DNA of 64,000 bases from an uncultured Gammaproteobacteria bacterium (GTDB lineage Bacteria; Patescibacteriota; Microgenomatia; UBA8517), in contig CAZOVJ010000002.1 in the NCBI GenBank assembly GCA_964583685.1, forward strand, positions 277,862 through 341,861, given 5' to 3'. Of the stretch, positions 37,971 to 47,502 are shown piece after piece. Position 1 is the first letter of the stretch. Each line of letters opens with the position of its first letter. The translations under genes were made by a program, and so were the position numbers. The notes under the pieces were generated by a model, which saw only the letters and a list, made by a program, of their open reading frames with translations, was not told the origin of the DNA and searched no databases.

Positions 37971-38764
37971 AAACCATTAGACGCGGTTTGTCAAAATTGA
38001 TTATTGGCAGAGAGATTTTGGCCATAGAAACCGACTCATCTAAGCAGCTCCAGCCTTCGCCGGCGAAAGTGAGAAAAGGAGTGGTGGGTGCAACCATAAA
38101 AGCAGTCAAAAGACGGGCCAAGCTTCTCCAGCTTTTCCTTTCAAACGGCAAAATTTTGGCAATTCATCTCAAATTGACTGGTCGGCTTTTAGTTAGGAAA
38201 AAAGGTATCCCTCGAGATGATTGGCAGCGGGTGACTCTTTTCTTAAGCGGGAATAAAGAGCTTCGTTTTACTGATTTACGCAAGTTCGGTTGGCTTAAAT
38301 TGGTAGAGAATGAAGAAGGACTAGAGAAATTGCTGGCCGCCTTTGGGCCCGAACCCCTAGATGACTTTAATCTGCCAAGGTTTCAAGCAGTTCTTGCTTC
38401 CAGCTCCCAACCAATCAAGATTGTTCTCATGAACCAGAAAAAAATTGCTGGCATCGGCAATATTTATGCCAATGAGGCTTTATTTGTGGCCAAAATTGAT
38501 CCTCGCCAACCAGCCAATAAAATTAGCCAAAAGGAGGAGAAGAGACTTTATCTGGCGATTGAGAAAGTACTGAAAGCGGGTATTAAATATCGTGGTGCTT
38601 CTCATCAATACTATCTGGATGTCCTAGGTCATAGGGGTTCCTACCAAGAGCATTTCCTGGTTTATGGTCGGCAAGGGAAGGCGTGCCCCAAGTGTGGTGA
38701 GAAGATTAAGAAGATAAAGGTTGGTGGCCGGGGAACATACTTTTGCCCAAAATGCCAACGATAG
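37949..38764 (+). CDS. mutM: Formamidopyrimidine-DNA glycosylase
   Basis: MPELPEVE, GIGNIYA, C-terminal CPKC...CPKC zinc finger. Confidence 0.97.
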   Translation: MPELPEVETIRRGLSKLIIGREILAIETDSSKQLQPSPAKVRKGVVGATIKAVKRRAKLLQLFLSNGKILAIHLKLTGRLLVRKKGIPRDDWQRVTLFLSGNKELRFTDLRKFGWLKLVENEEGLEKLLAAFGPEPLDDFNLPRFQAVLASSSQPIKIVLMNQKKIAGIGNIYANEALFVAKIDPRQPANKISQKEEKRLYLAIEKVLKAGIKYRGASHQYYLDVLGHRGSYQEHFLVYGRQGKACPKCGEKIKKIKVGGRGTYFCPKCQR

Positions 38765-38768
38765 TGAT

Positions 38769-39857
38769 ATGTTACAAAAAGTCTCTTTATCCAATTTTCG
38801 CAACTTTAAAAGCAAAGAATTTTGTTTTTTTCCGAGAACGACTATTATTATTGGGCCAAATACTTCTGGAAAAACCAATATTTTAGAGGCTTTAGCCCTC
38901 TTATCGACTGGAAAAAGTTTTAAGGCCAGGATTGAGGAGGAAATGATTAGACATGGAGAGGCAATAGCCAGGGCTAAGGGGTTAGTAGAAAAGAGCAGCC
39001 TGGAGGTTGTTCTTACCAGGGGTGAAATAAGGGTTAGTTCGAAAGTAGAGAAGGTTGCTAGAAAAAGGTTGTTTATCAACAAAGTAGGCAAAAGACTGAT
39101 TGATTTTGCCGGGAATTTCAAAATGGTCCTTTTTGGGCCTTGGGACATGAAATTGGTGACAGAATCACCGAGTTTGCGGAGGGCCTTTTTAGATAGCGTT
39201 CTTTCTCAGGTAGATAGAGAGTATAGAAGGGCTCTTTTATCTTATGAAAAAGGATTGAGACAGAGAAATAAACTCCTTTTCAGAATTAGAGAAGGCCCGC
39301 CAGCCGGCGCGGCCGGGTCCCGTTCTCAACTACTTTTTTGGAACCAGCTTTTGATTAAAAATGGAGATTACATTTCCAGAAAAAGGGAAGAGTTCATTGG
39401 TTTTATCAATAAAACAGACCCGTTGAATAAGCAGGTTTTTGTTTTGCAATACGATAAAAATGCAATTTCAGAAAATAGGCTTGAGCAATATGGTCAAGAG
39501 GAAATTGCAGCCGCCACTACTTTAGTCGGACCGCATAGAGATGACATAATCTTCAAAATCAAAAGTCAATCCCGCCGAAGCGGGACAAAATCCAAAATAG
39601 CAAGGAACCTGGCCAGATATGGAAGTAGAGGAGAACAGAGAATGAGTGTTCTTTGGTTAAAATTGGCAGAGCTTGCTTTTATTGAGAAAGAAACAGAGGA
39701 AAGACCAACCCTTTTATTAGATGATGTTCTTTCAGAACTGGACAGGGAACACCGCCGGATTGTTGTTCAGATGGTCAAGGGAGGACAAACAATAATCACC
39801 ACTGTGGACTCGCATTTTCTTGAAAATTCTAAGAAAGATGAGATAATTAAGTTATGA
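38769..39857 (+). CDS. recF: DNA replication/repair protein RecF
   Basis: NFRN, GPNTSGKTN, GPHRDD, SRGEQR, LLLDDVLSELD. Start placed at ATG 38769. Confidence 0.92.
   Translation: MLQKVSLSNFRNFKSKEFCFFPRTTIIIGPNTSGKTNILEALALLSTGKSFKARIEEEMIRHGEAIARAKGLVEKSSLEVVLTRGEIRVSSKVEKVARKRLFINKVGKRLIDFAGNFKMVLFGPWDMKLVTESPSLRRAFLDSVLSQVDREYRRALLSYEKGLRQRNKLLFRIREGPPAGAAGSRSQLLFWNQLLIKNGDYISRKREEFIGFINKTDPLNKQVFVLQYDKNAISENRLEQYGQEEIAAATTLVGPHRDDIIFKIKSQSRRSGTKSKIARNLARYGSRGEQRMSVLWLKLAELAFIEKETEERPTLLLDDVLSELDREHRRIVVQMVKGGQTIITTVDSHFLENSKKDEIIKL
39552..39598 (+). repeat. TCAAAA(T/G)-type heptamers flanking TCCCGC-CGAA-GCGGGA hairpin, in frame within recF
   Basis: Hairpin at 39570-39585; same stem as the pgk element. 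Confidence 0.8.
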
Positions 39858-40135
39858 CCAAAGAACAAGATAGGGATCAGGGCGAGCCTGTTGAAGTTGG
39901 ACGCTGGGAATGGAAATGGAAATGGAAGGGGAAAACACCAGAGGGCACACCGTTTGGTTGGGAAAGAGCTAAAGTTAAAATCACTAGTCCTGAACCGCCA
40001 ACAGACAAGAAGCTTCCACTGCCAGATTGTCAAGGAGAGCTTTCAGAAACTAAACCCCCTCAAGCAGAAGAAGAAGAGGTGAATCCAGATGAGGATTGGC
40101 AAGACTTTGTCCATAAAAGCAACCCGGACCCCTAA
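39854..40135 (+). CDS. Hypothetical protein (WxWxWxW, acidic C-terminus)
   Basis: ATGA overlap with recF stop; ends 4 nt before the nnrD ATG. Confidence 0.5.
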   Translation: MTKEQDRDQGEPVEVGRWEWKWKWKGKTPEGTPFGWERAKVKITSPEPPTDKKLPLPDCQGELSETKPPQAEEEEVNPDEDWQDFVHKSNPDP

Positions 40136-40139
40136 ACTT

Positions 40140-40988
40140 ATGGCCGGCTTATTCAATAAAAGTATTCTCAAAAAGCTTTATATACCCCAGGACAAATCAA
40201 ATAATGAAGAGAATGGTCAGGTAACGATTATTGGTGGCTCAAAGCTCTTTCATGGTGCCCCGATTCTTTCCCTCAAGGTTGCCTCGCGGATTGTTGACAT
40301 GGCCTTTTTTGCTTCTCCGGAGAAAAGCGTTGGCCGGGTAGCCGAAAGAGTAAAAAGCAAACTTACATCTTTTATCTGGGTTCCTTGGCAAGAGACGGAA
40401 AAATATGTCGAAAAATCCAACGCCGTTCTCATTGGCCCCGGGCTCATGCGTTTCAGAAGTGAAAAGATTCCCGACAACCAGCGACAAGAGAGGTGTGATG
40501 AAGCCTGTCAGGCTACAATTAAGATAACCAAGCATTTTTTGGCAAGGTTTCCTAACAAAAAATGGGTGATAGATGCTGGCAGTCTTCAAGTATTGGATAT
40601 AGACTGGGTTCCCCAGGAAGCGATTTTGACTCCAAATCAAAAAGAATATGAGCTTTTATTTAACAAACTACCTATTGAAAAAGCAGCCAAGAAACACAAA
40701 TGCATAATTGTTCTTAAAGGCCCCAAAACTTTGGTTTGCTCAGCTGAAAGATGTGTTGAGGTTAGAGGTGGGAATCCAGGGATGACCAAGGGTGGTACCG
40801 GAGATGTCCAGGCAGGCCTTACAGTTGGCCTTTTGGCTAAAAACGAGCCCTTTTTAGCCGCTTCTTCTGCTGCCCATATCACCAAGGTGGCTGCCGATCG
40901 CCTCTATAAACGGGTTGGCACCAATTATAACGCCGATGATCTAGCCGAAGAGATTCCAACCTTGTTTTTTCCGCAGAAAATGCGTTAA
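40140..40988 (+). CDS. nnrD: ADP-dependent NAD(P)H-hydrate dehydratase
   Basis: IIGGS, IGPGL, VIDA, LTPN..E, KGGTGDV. Start placed at ATG 40140. Confidence 0.9.
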   Translation: MAGLFNKSILKKLYIPQDKSNNEENGQVTIIGGSKLFHGAPILSLKVASRIVDMAFFASPEKSVGRVAERVKSKLTSFIWVPWQETEKYVEKSNAVLIGPGLMRFRSEKIPDNQRQERCDEACQATIKITKHFLARFPNKKWVIDAGSLQVLDIDWVPQEAILTPNQKEYELLFNKLPIEKAAKKHKCIIVLKGPKTLVCSAERCVEVRGGNPGMTKGGTGDVQAGLTVGLLAKNEPFLAASSAAHITKVAADRLYKRVGTNYNADDLAEEIPTLFFPQKMR

Positions 40989-40999
40989 AATAATGATTA

Positions 41000-42082
41000 G
41001 TGTATACTCCTAAATTTGTAATTTCTAACAAAATCTTAAAAAACATTGGTCAAATTGAAGGAGCGCGTGAGGTAATTAAAAGTGCTCCTCTAGTACCCTC
41101 CTTTGAAAAGCAATTTCAGAGTGATGCCATTATTAGGACTGTTTATCATGGAACCCATATTGAAGGCAATGACCTGACTTTAATTCAAACAAAGAAAGTT
41201 TTAGAAGGACAGGAGGTCTATGCCCGGGCAAGAGACGTTCAGGAGGTTATCAATTATAGAAATGTGATTAAGCTTTTACAGGAGTTGATTGAGAAGAAAG
41301 GCAAATACGAAACGGATATGCTCAAAAAAATCCATTCTGTCGCAGTTTATAAAATTGTGGCCGAAGAGAAAGTGGGTATTTTTAGAACAAGTCAGGTGGT
41401 TATCAGAGAGGAGGGAACCGGGAAAGTTATTTTTACTCCGCCTTCTTTTGTTGAAGTTCCTTATCTTTTGGAAGGCTTTTTCGATTGGCTAAATTCAGAT
41501 AAAGCCAAAGAGGTTCATCCGGTCATTCGAGCGGCCATTAGTCACTATATTTTAGTTGCCATTCACCCCTTTGTTGAGGGAAACGGCCGTACTACCCGAG
41601 CATTTGCCAATTTTATCTTGTTCAATGAGGGGTATGATCTTAAGCGTTTTTTTTCTCTTGAGGAGCATTTTGACCAGGATCTAGTTTCTTATTATGATTC
41701 CTTTGCTTCGGTTGATAATCAATCAAAAAATATTGCTACGAGGGATTTGACTTCCTGGATTGAATATTTTAGCCAAGTGGTGGCTATTGAGCTGGTAAAG
41801 ATAAAAGAAAAAGTGCGTAAACTTTCGTTAGATACACGACTTAAGCTTAAAATGGGGAAACAAATAGCTTTATCCGAACGCCAGATGAGGTTGATTGAGT
41901 ACCTTTCTGACCAGGGCTCGGCGATTATGAAGGATTTAAAGCCTGTTTTGCCCATGGTTTCTGAAGATACGGTTCTCAGGGATTTAACCGACCTGATGAG
42001 CAAGGGTATAATTAAAAAAGAGGGGAGGACTAAGGCTGCCAGATATGTGATAGCGGTAAAAAGCTTAGGAGATGCCCACTGA
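41000..42082 (+). CDS. Fic-domain protein with C-terminal wHTH
   Basis: HPFVEGNGRTTR Fic motif; N-terminal GTHIEGN inhibitory motif; SEDTVLRDL HTH. Confidence 0.92.
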   Translation: MYTPKFVISNKILKNIGQIEGAREVIKSAPLVPSFEKQFQSDAIIRTVYHGTHIEGNDLTLIQTKKVLEGQEVYARARDVQEVINYRNVIKLLQELIEKKGKYETDMLKKIHSVAVYKIVAEEKVGIFRTSQVVIREEGTGKVIFTPPSFVEVPYLLEGFFDWLNSDKAKEVHPVIRAAISHYILVAIHPFVEGNGRTTRAFANFILFNEGYDLKRFFSLEEHFDQDLVSYYDSFASVDNQSKNIATRDLTSWIEYFSQVVAIELVKIKEKVRKLSLDTRLKLKMGKQIALSERQMRLIEYLSDQGSAIMKDLKPVLPMVSEDTVLRDLTDLMSKGIIKKEGRTKAARYVIAVKSLGDAH

Positions 42083-42272
42083 CCCACAGTTTTTATATAT
42101 GATTTTGGTCTTACCCGCCCTTTTTGGTCTGACTTTGGTTGGTGAAGGGTTAAATAAGGTTTTCCATGAAGAATGGAGTGGCTTTATTAGCATCTTTTTT
42201 GGTCTGTCATTTATCGCAGTGGTTATCTTTGCTTATCTTTTCTTTTCTTCCTATCTGGCTCAAAAGGTATGA
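42072..42272 (+). CDS. Small two-TM membrane protein
   Basis: 66 aa, hydrophobic, overlaps both neighbours in operon fashion. Confidence 0.7.
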   Translation: MPTDPQFLYMILVLPALFGLTLVGEGLNKVFHEEWSGFISIFFGLSFIAVVIFAYLFFSSYLAQKV

Positions 42273-44005
42273 AATTTAGAGAATTGAGTATTTATTTGGA
42301 TAAACTAGAAAAGACCTCTTCTCGTAATGAAATTACTCAGATTTTAGCTGAAGTTTTCAAAAAAGCTGGTTTTGATGAGATAGATGAGGTTTGTTATCTA
42401 CTCTTGGGCTCTTTAGCCCCCAAATCTGAGGGAATAGTTTTTAATATTGCCGAAAGAATGATGCTCAAGGTAATTGCCCAAGCATATAACAAGGATATTG
42501 AGAAAGTAAAGGAACTTTATAAGCAAAAAGGAGATTTAGGAGATGTGGCGGCCGTCCTGGTGCCAAGTCAAAAATCAACCCCACAGTCACGAGGCAAAAG
42601 TCGAGCTCTTAAAATTAAAGAAGTTTATGGAGTGCTTCTGGAAATTGCCCAGGATGAGGGAGAAAGAAGTCAGGAAAGAAAGATTAAAAAAATGGCAAAA
42701 CTTCTTGCCAGTCTTGATTCTCTAAGTGCCCATTTTGTTGCTCGGATTCCAGTTGGTAAACTGCGCTTGGGTTTTTCCGATAAGACGATTTTAGATGCAC
42801 TTTCTTGGATGAAGAAGGGCGATAAGAGTGCCAAAGCAAAACTGGAAAAAGCTTATCGGGTTACACCAGACGTTGGCCGATTGGCCCAAAAGGTTAAAAA
42901 ACTGGGTATAGATAGAGCTGTTGAAGGAACATTTCCCAGCTTGGGTATTCCCATTTTACCCATGCTTGCCCAGAGACTTAAAAATCCTCAAGAGATGATT
43001 AAGAAAATGGGTCAGGTGGCAGTTGAGCCAAAACTTGATGGGTTGAGGATTTCAATTCATTATCAGGCCGGAAAGAATGGTTTTGTTAAAGCCTTTACCA
43101 GGAATCTCAATGAGGCAAGCTGGATGTTTCCAGAGCTTAAAAAGATGGCTGAGTATGTTAAAGCAGATAAATTGATATTGGATACCGAGGCAGTGGGAGT
43201 GGATGAGAAAAGGAAGTCCTTGGTCAATTTTCAAACAACCATGACCAGAAGAAGAAAGCATGCAATCAGTGAGACCGCTTCTAAGACTCCAATTAAATTT
43301 TATGTTTTTGATATTTTGTTAAAGGATAATAAAAGTCTTTTAGATAAACCATATCTTGAAAGGCGAAAGATTTTGGAAAAAGAGGTTAATGAGGGTAAGC
43401 TTTTTCAAATTGTTGATTATCACTTAACAGATAATCCTCAAGAAATTAGTCGTCTCAATACAGAAAAGCGCAAGCAGGGTTTGGAAGGAATAATGCTTAA
43501 AAGGACAGATAGCCTTTATGTGCCTGGCAGGACCGGCTGGCGCTGGGTTAAAATGAAAGAAAGTGAGGGATTTCAAGCTAAGTTGGCAGATACAGTTGAC
43601 TGCCTAGTGATGGGTTTCACCGTTGGTAAAGGGAGACGGGCCCAATTTGGCTTGGGTCAGTTTTTGGTAGGCATAGTAGATGGGGAAAAGGTAAAAACTA
43701 TTACTAAAGTAGGCACTGGGTTAACTGATGAGCAATTTAGACAATTAAAGAAATACTTGAGTAAGCTGAAAGTAAAAGATAAACCAAAAGAATATCTGGT
43801 TAATAAAAATCTAGAGCCGGATTATTGGGTAAGACAAAGCTTGGTAGTAGAAATTGCCGCTGACGATATTACCAAAAGTCCGACTCACTCCAGTGGTTAT
43901 GCTTTGCGTTTTCCCCGCCTCGTTCGCTTCCGTGAAGACAAAAGTCCAAAGCAAGCGACAACCCTTCTTGAGGTTAAGAGACTCTTCAAATTGCAAAGTA
44001 GCTAA
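42269..44005 (+). CDS. lig: ATP-dependent DNA ligase (archaeal/eukaryotic ligase I architecture)
   Basis: N-terminal DNA-binding domain, EPKLDG, EGIMLK, WVKMK, KVGTG, LRFPR. Confidence 0.94.
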   Translation: MKFRELSIYLDKLEKTSSRNEITQILAEVFKKAGFDEIDEVCYLLLGSLAPKSEGIVFNIAERMMLKVIAQAYNKDIEKVKELYKQKGDLGDVAAVLVPSQKSTPQSRGKSRALKIKEVYGVLLEIAQDEGERSQERKIKKMAKLLASLDSLSAHFVARIPVGKLRLGFSDKTILDALSWMKKGDKSAKAKLEKAYRVTPDVGRLAQKVKKLGIDRAVEGTFPSLGIPILPMLAQRLKNPQEMIKKMGQVAVEPKLDGLRISIHYQAGKNGFVKAFTRNLNEASWMFPELKKMAEYVKADKLILDTEAVGVDEKRKSLVNFQTTMTRRRKHAISETASKTPIKFYVFDILLKDNKSLLDKPYLERRKILEKEVNEGKLFQIVDYHLTDNPQEISRLNTEKRKQGLEGIMLKRTDSLYVPGRTGWRWVKMKESEGFQAKLADTVDCLVMGFTVGKGRRAQFGLGQFLVGIVDGEKVKTITKVGTGLTDEQFRQLKKYLSKLKVKDKPKEYLVNKNLEPDYWVRQSLVVEIAADDITKSPTHSSGYALRFPRLVRFREDKSPKQATTLLEVKRLFKLQSS

Positions 44006-44029
44006 GAGCTTTTATGGTAGGATGGAGAT

Positions 44030-46513
44030 ATGCCTGCCGATATTCTGAAGACTGATCCGGATAAGGGTTTAACTTCAGAACGAGCTCATCAGAGATTGAA
44101 AACCTTTGGTCCGAATAAACTACCGGAAAGACCTCCTCCAAACGGTTTATTTATTTTGTTTTCTCAATTTAAAAATCCCCTGGTTTATGTATTAATTACT
44201 GCCGGCTTGATTACCTTATTTCTTAATCACATTTCCGATACAATAATCATCTTTTTTGCCGTTTTTATCAATGCCGTTCTTGGATTTATACAAGAACGGC
44301 GGGCAAATCGGGCACTTTATGCATTAAAAAAACTTATCCATCCAAATGCCCACGTCTTGCGTGACGGAAAATTGAAGACCATTGATGTTTCAGAAGTAGT
44401 TCCTGGAGAGATAATCATTCTCAATCAGGGCGATAAAATCTCGGCTGACGGAAGGCTTCTTGAAGCTAATAGATTGCATATTTCTGAGGCGATTCTTACC
44501 GGCGAGTCTGCTCCGGTCGAAAAAAAGCTAAAGGATAAGGTTTTAATGGGAACAGTTGTCTTAGCTGGTCAAGGAAAGATGCTGGTTGAGACAACCGGAG
44601 AAAAAACTGAGATGGGTAAGATTGCCGAGATGGTCCAAGAGCCTCAAGAAGACACACCTTTAAGGAGACAATTGGTCAAGTTTAGCAAGCAACTTTCTTT
44701 TCTGGCTTTTGTCCTGGTGATAGCTGTTTTGCTCATTGGCCTGGTTTCAGGCAGGAGTTTACTGGAAATTTTTACTACTTCTGTTGCCCTGGCTGTCTCG
44801 GCCATTCCCGAAGGCCTTTTGGTCGGACTGACAGTGGTTTTGGCAATTGGCATGCAGAGGATATTGAAAAGAAAAGGCTTGGTCAGAAATCTTATTTCAG
44901 CAGAGACATTAGGAGGAGTAACGACAATCTGTGTTGATAAGACTGGGACATTGACCAAAGGGCAAATGGAGGTGGTTGATGTCATAGGAGACGAGAAAGA
45001 AATTGTCAAACAGGTGCTTGTTGCCAATGATCTCGATGCTCCGATTGTTATTGCCGCTTATGACTGGGCCAGGAAAAGAATTGGCAACTGGAATTTGGAA
45101 GTTGGCGATTTGAAACGTAGGCAGCCGCGTCTTGATAGTATTCCTTTCTCTTCCAAAGACAAATTTTTTGCCTGTTTGAATAAAGGGGCTAAGCCGCTAG
45201 GCCGCGGTAATATCATTTTTGTCAATGGAGCCCCAGAGCTATTAATTGAATGGTCAACTTTAACTGCTACTCAGCGCAAGGCAGTAAAAGAAAAAATAGA
45301 AGAGTTAACCAAAGAAGGAAAAAGGGTTATCGGTCTTGCCAGAAAAGAAGTTTCTTCTGATACTAAGAAATTAAATCCTCTTGAGGTCAGGAAGAATCTT
45401 TCCTGGATTGGCCTCTTAGCCTTCTCAGACCCGGTCAGGCCCGGGGTGAGGAATGCCCTAGCCAGTACCAGAGCCGCAGGCATTAATCTGGTGGTGATTA
45501 CCGGCGATTATCCCCAGACAGCCATTTCTGTGATGAAGCAGCTGGATATAGAGATTGATAAAAGTTGTGTGGTGTTGGGAGATGAATTGAAACACCTTTC
45601 AGCTATCCGGCTTGCCCAGATAATAAAAGATTCCTGCAAACTAAGGCTTTTTGCCAGAACTACCCCGGTCCAGAAGCTTAAGATTGTTGAGGCTTTAAAG
45701 AAGAACGGAGAAGTGGTGGCTATGACCGGGGATGGGGTTAACGATGCACCAGCCTTAAACAAGGCAGATATAGGTATTGTTGTTGGAGATGCTACTGATG
45801 TGGCCAAAGAGAGTGCTGACCTTGTTCTTCTTGATTCAAGTTTCGCTACCATAGTGGCGGCCATTGAGGAGGGCAGGGGCATCTTTGATAATGTCAGAAA
45901 AATTATTCTTTATCTGATGAGTGATGCTTTTGAAGAAATTATTGTTGTTGTTGGCGGTCTTATTTTGGGTCTGCCGTTTCCTGTGACTGCTGCTCAGATT
46001 CTTTGGATAAATCTGATTTCAGATGGTTTTCCCGACCTTGCCTTGACAGTTGATCCGAAGAGACCGGGCATTATGAGCGAGCGGCCGCGTTCACCCAAAG
46101 AGCCTCTAGTTAGTTCCTGGATGAAAATGTTAATTTTGCTTGTTTCTGTCAGTGGTGGAATTCTTGCTCTTTGTGTCTTTATTTTGATTTTTAAAACAAG
46201 CGGAGACTATCTTCTTTCCCGCTCAGTAACCTTTGTTGTTTTGGGAATTAATACCTTGATTTATGTATTCTCAATAAGGACCTTACGAGAACCGTTTTGG
46301 AAAGAGGGCTTACTCAATAATAGGTGGCTTATCCTGGCAGTATTTGTCGGCTTTGCATTCCAACTACTCCCTTTTTACCTCCCTTCGGTGGGACGATTCT
46401 TAGGAGTGGTTCCCTTTCCTCTGCCATATTGGTTGCTCGCTTTTGCAACCTCTGGTCTAATGTTTATAATAATTGAAAGCAGTAAAGTTATTTTTCGCAG
46501 GTTATTTAAATGA
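44030..46513 (+). CDS. P-type cation (Ca2+-type, IIA) ATPase
   Basis: LTGES, AIPEGL, DKTGT, TGD, GDGVNDAPAL, LWINL. Confidence 0.94.
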   Translation: MPADILKTDPDKGLTSERAHQRLKTFGPNKLPERPPPNGLFILFSQFKNPLVYVLITAGLITLFLNHISDTIIIFFAVFINAVLGFIQERRANRALYALKKLIHPNAHVLRDGKLKTIDVSEVVPGEIIILNQGDKISADGRLLEANRLHISEAILTGESAPVEKKLKDKVLMGTVVLAGQGKMLVETTGEKTEMGKIAEMVQEPQEDTPLRRQLVKFSKQLSFLAFVLVIAVLLIGLVSGRSLLEIFTTSVALAVSAIPEGLLVGLTVVLAIGMQRILKRKGLVRNLISAETLGGVTTICVDKTGTLTKGQMEVVDVIGDEKEIVKQVLVANDLDAPIVIAAYDWARKRIGNWNLEVGDLKRRQPRLDSIPFSSKDKFFACLNKGAKPLGRGNIIFVNGAPELLIEWSTLTATQRKAVKEKIEELTKEGKRVIGLARKEVSSDTKKLNPLEVRKNLSWIGLLAFSDPVRPGVRNALASTRAAGINLVVITGDYPQTAISVMKQLDIEIDKSCVVLGDELKHLSAIRLAQIIKDSCKLRLFARTTPVQKLKIVEALKKNGEVVAMTGDGVNDAPALNKADIGIVVGDATDVAKESADLVLLDSSFATIVAAIEEGRGIFDNVRKIILYLMSDAFEEIIVVVGGLILGLPFPVTAAQILWINLISDGFPDLALTVDPKRPGIMSERPRSPKEPLVSSWMKMLILLVSVSGGILALCVFILIFKTSGDYLLSRSVTFVVLGINTLIYVFSIRTLREPFWKEGLLNNRWLILAVFVGFAFQLLPFYLPSVGRFLGVVPFPLPYWLLAFATSGLMFIIIESSKVIFRRLFK

Positions 46514-47481
46514 TACCCGGTTTAATTATCTTATTATTTTTCTTTTCTTTTCTTCTTATCCAGGCAGCCAATATCTTGGTGGTTGCCTTACAGCATATCA
46601 GTAGACACTCTAAGGCTGGTGTTTTTGCTCTTTCGGCCATAATTCTTGCTTTGGGTACTTCTTTTCCCGAGCTTTTTGTTGCCGTTACCTCGGCTCTCGA
46701 GAACGCTCCCCATCTTTCTTTGGGCTTAATTATTGGTTCCAATATTGCCAATATTTCTCTGGTAGCTGGACTGGCAGCCTTTATTGTCGGCCGGGTAAAC
46801 GTTCACGGCCAGTTTTTAAAGCGGGATATCTGGATTGCTCTGATTGCCGGAATTTTACCGGTAATTCTGATTTTTGATGGCAGTTTAAGCAGGGTTGATG
46901 GACTTATCCTCTTGACGGTTTATGCCGCTTATGCAACCAGTTTTTTTAAGGCCAGGTTTATGGAGATAGCTCAAGAACACAAAAAAGAGAGTTTTTGGCT
47001 TAGATTGTTACGCAAATCTAATATTCTGGATAGCAGTCGCCAGAAAGATTTTGGTCGCTTTTTTTTGGGGATTGCCCTCTTGCTTTTATCGGCAGATATC
47101 ATTGTGAGAATAGCCAAAACCCTAGCAATTACTGCCCATATTCCAGTATTTGTGGTGGGGCTTATTCTTCTGGCAATAGGAACATCTCTGCCAGAGCTGG
47201 CTTTTTCACTGCGTTCTTTGGGCGACAAGGAACCGAAAATGTTTTTTGGCAACCTTCTCGGTTCAACGATTGTTAATTCCACTTTAGTCATCGGCATTTC
47301 TGTGGTTCTTAATCCGATTACAGTCACTGCCATTAACGGATATCTGGTTGCGGTGGTCGCCTTTGTTTTAATCTATTTGGTCTTTTGGTACTTTATTCGC
47401 AGTAAATTCAGGTTAGAAAGGTGGGAAGCAGGTCTTCTTTTTCTAATTTATTTAATCTTTGTCCTAGTTGAATTTTGGTAA
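46510..47481 (+). CDS. Ca2+/Na+ antiporter (CaCA family)
   Basis: GTSFPE/GSNIAN and GTSLPE/GNLLGS alpha repeats. Confidence 0.92.
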   Translation: MIPGLIILLFFFSFLLIQAANILVVALQHISRHSKAGVFALSAIILALGTSFPELFVAVTSALENAPHLSLGLIIGSNIANISLVAGLAAFIVGRVNVHGQFLKRDIWIALIAGILPVILIFDGSLSRVDGLILLTVYAAYATSFFKARFMEIAQEHKKESFWLRLLRKSNILDSSRQKDFGRFFLGIALLLLSADIIVRIAKTLAITAHIPVFVVGLILLAIGTSLPELAFSLRSLGDKEPKMFFGNLLGSTIVNSTLVIGISVVLNPITVTAINGYLVAVVAFVLIYLVFWYFIRSKFRLERWEAGLLFLIYLIFVLVEFW

Positions 47482-47502
47482 TGTGGTAGAATAACCCCCA
47501 CC

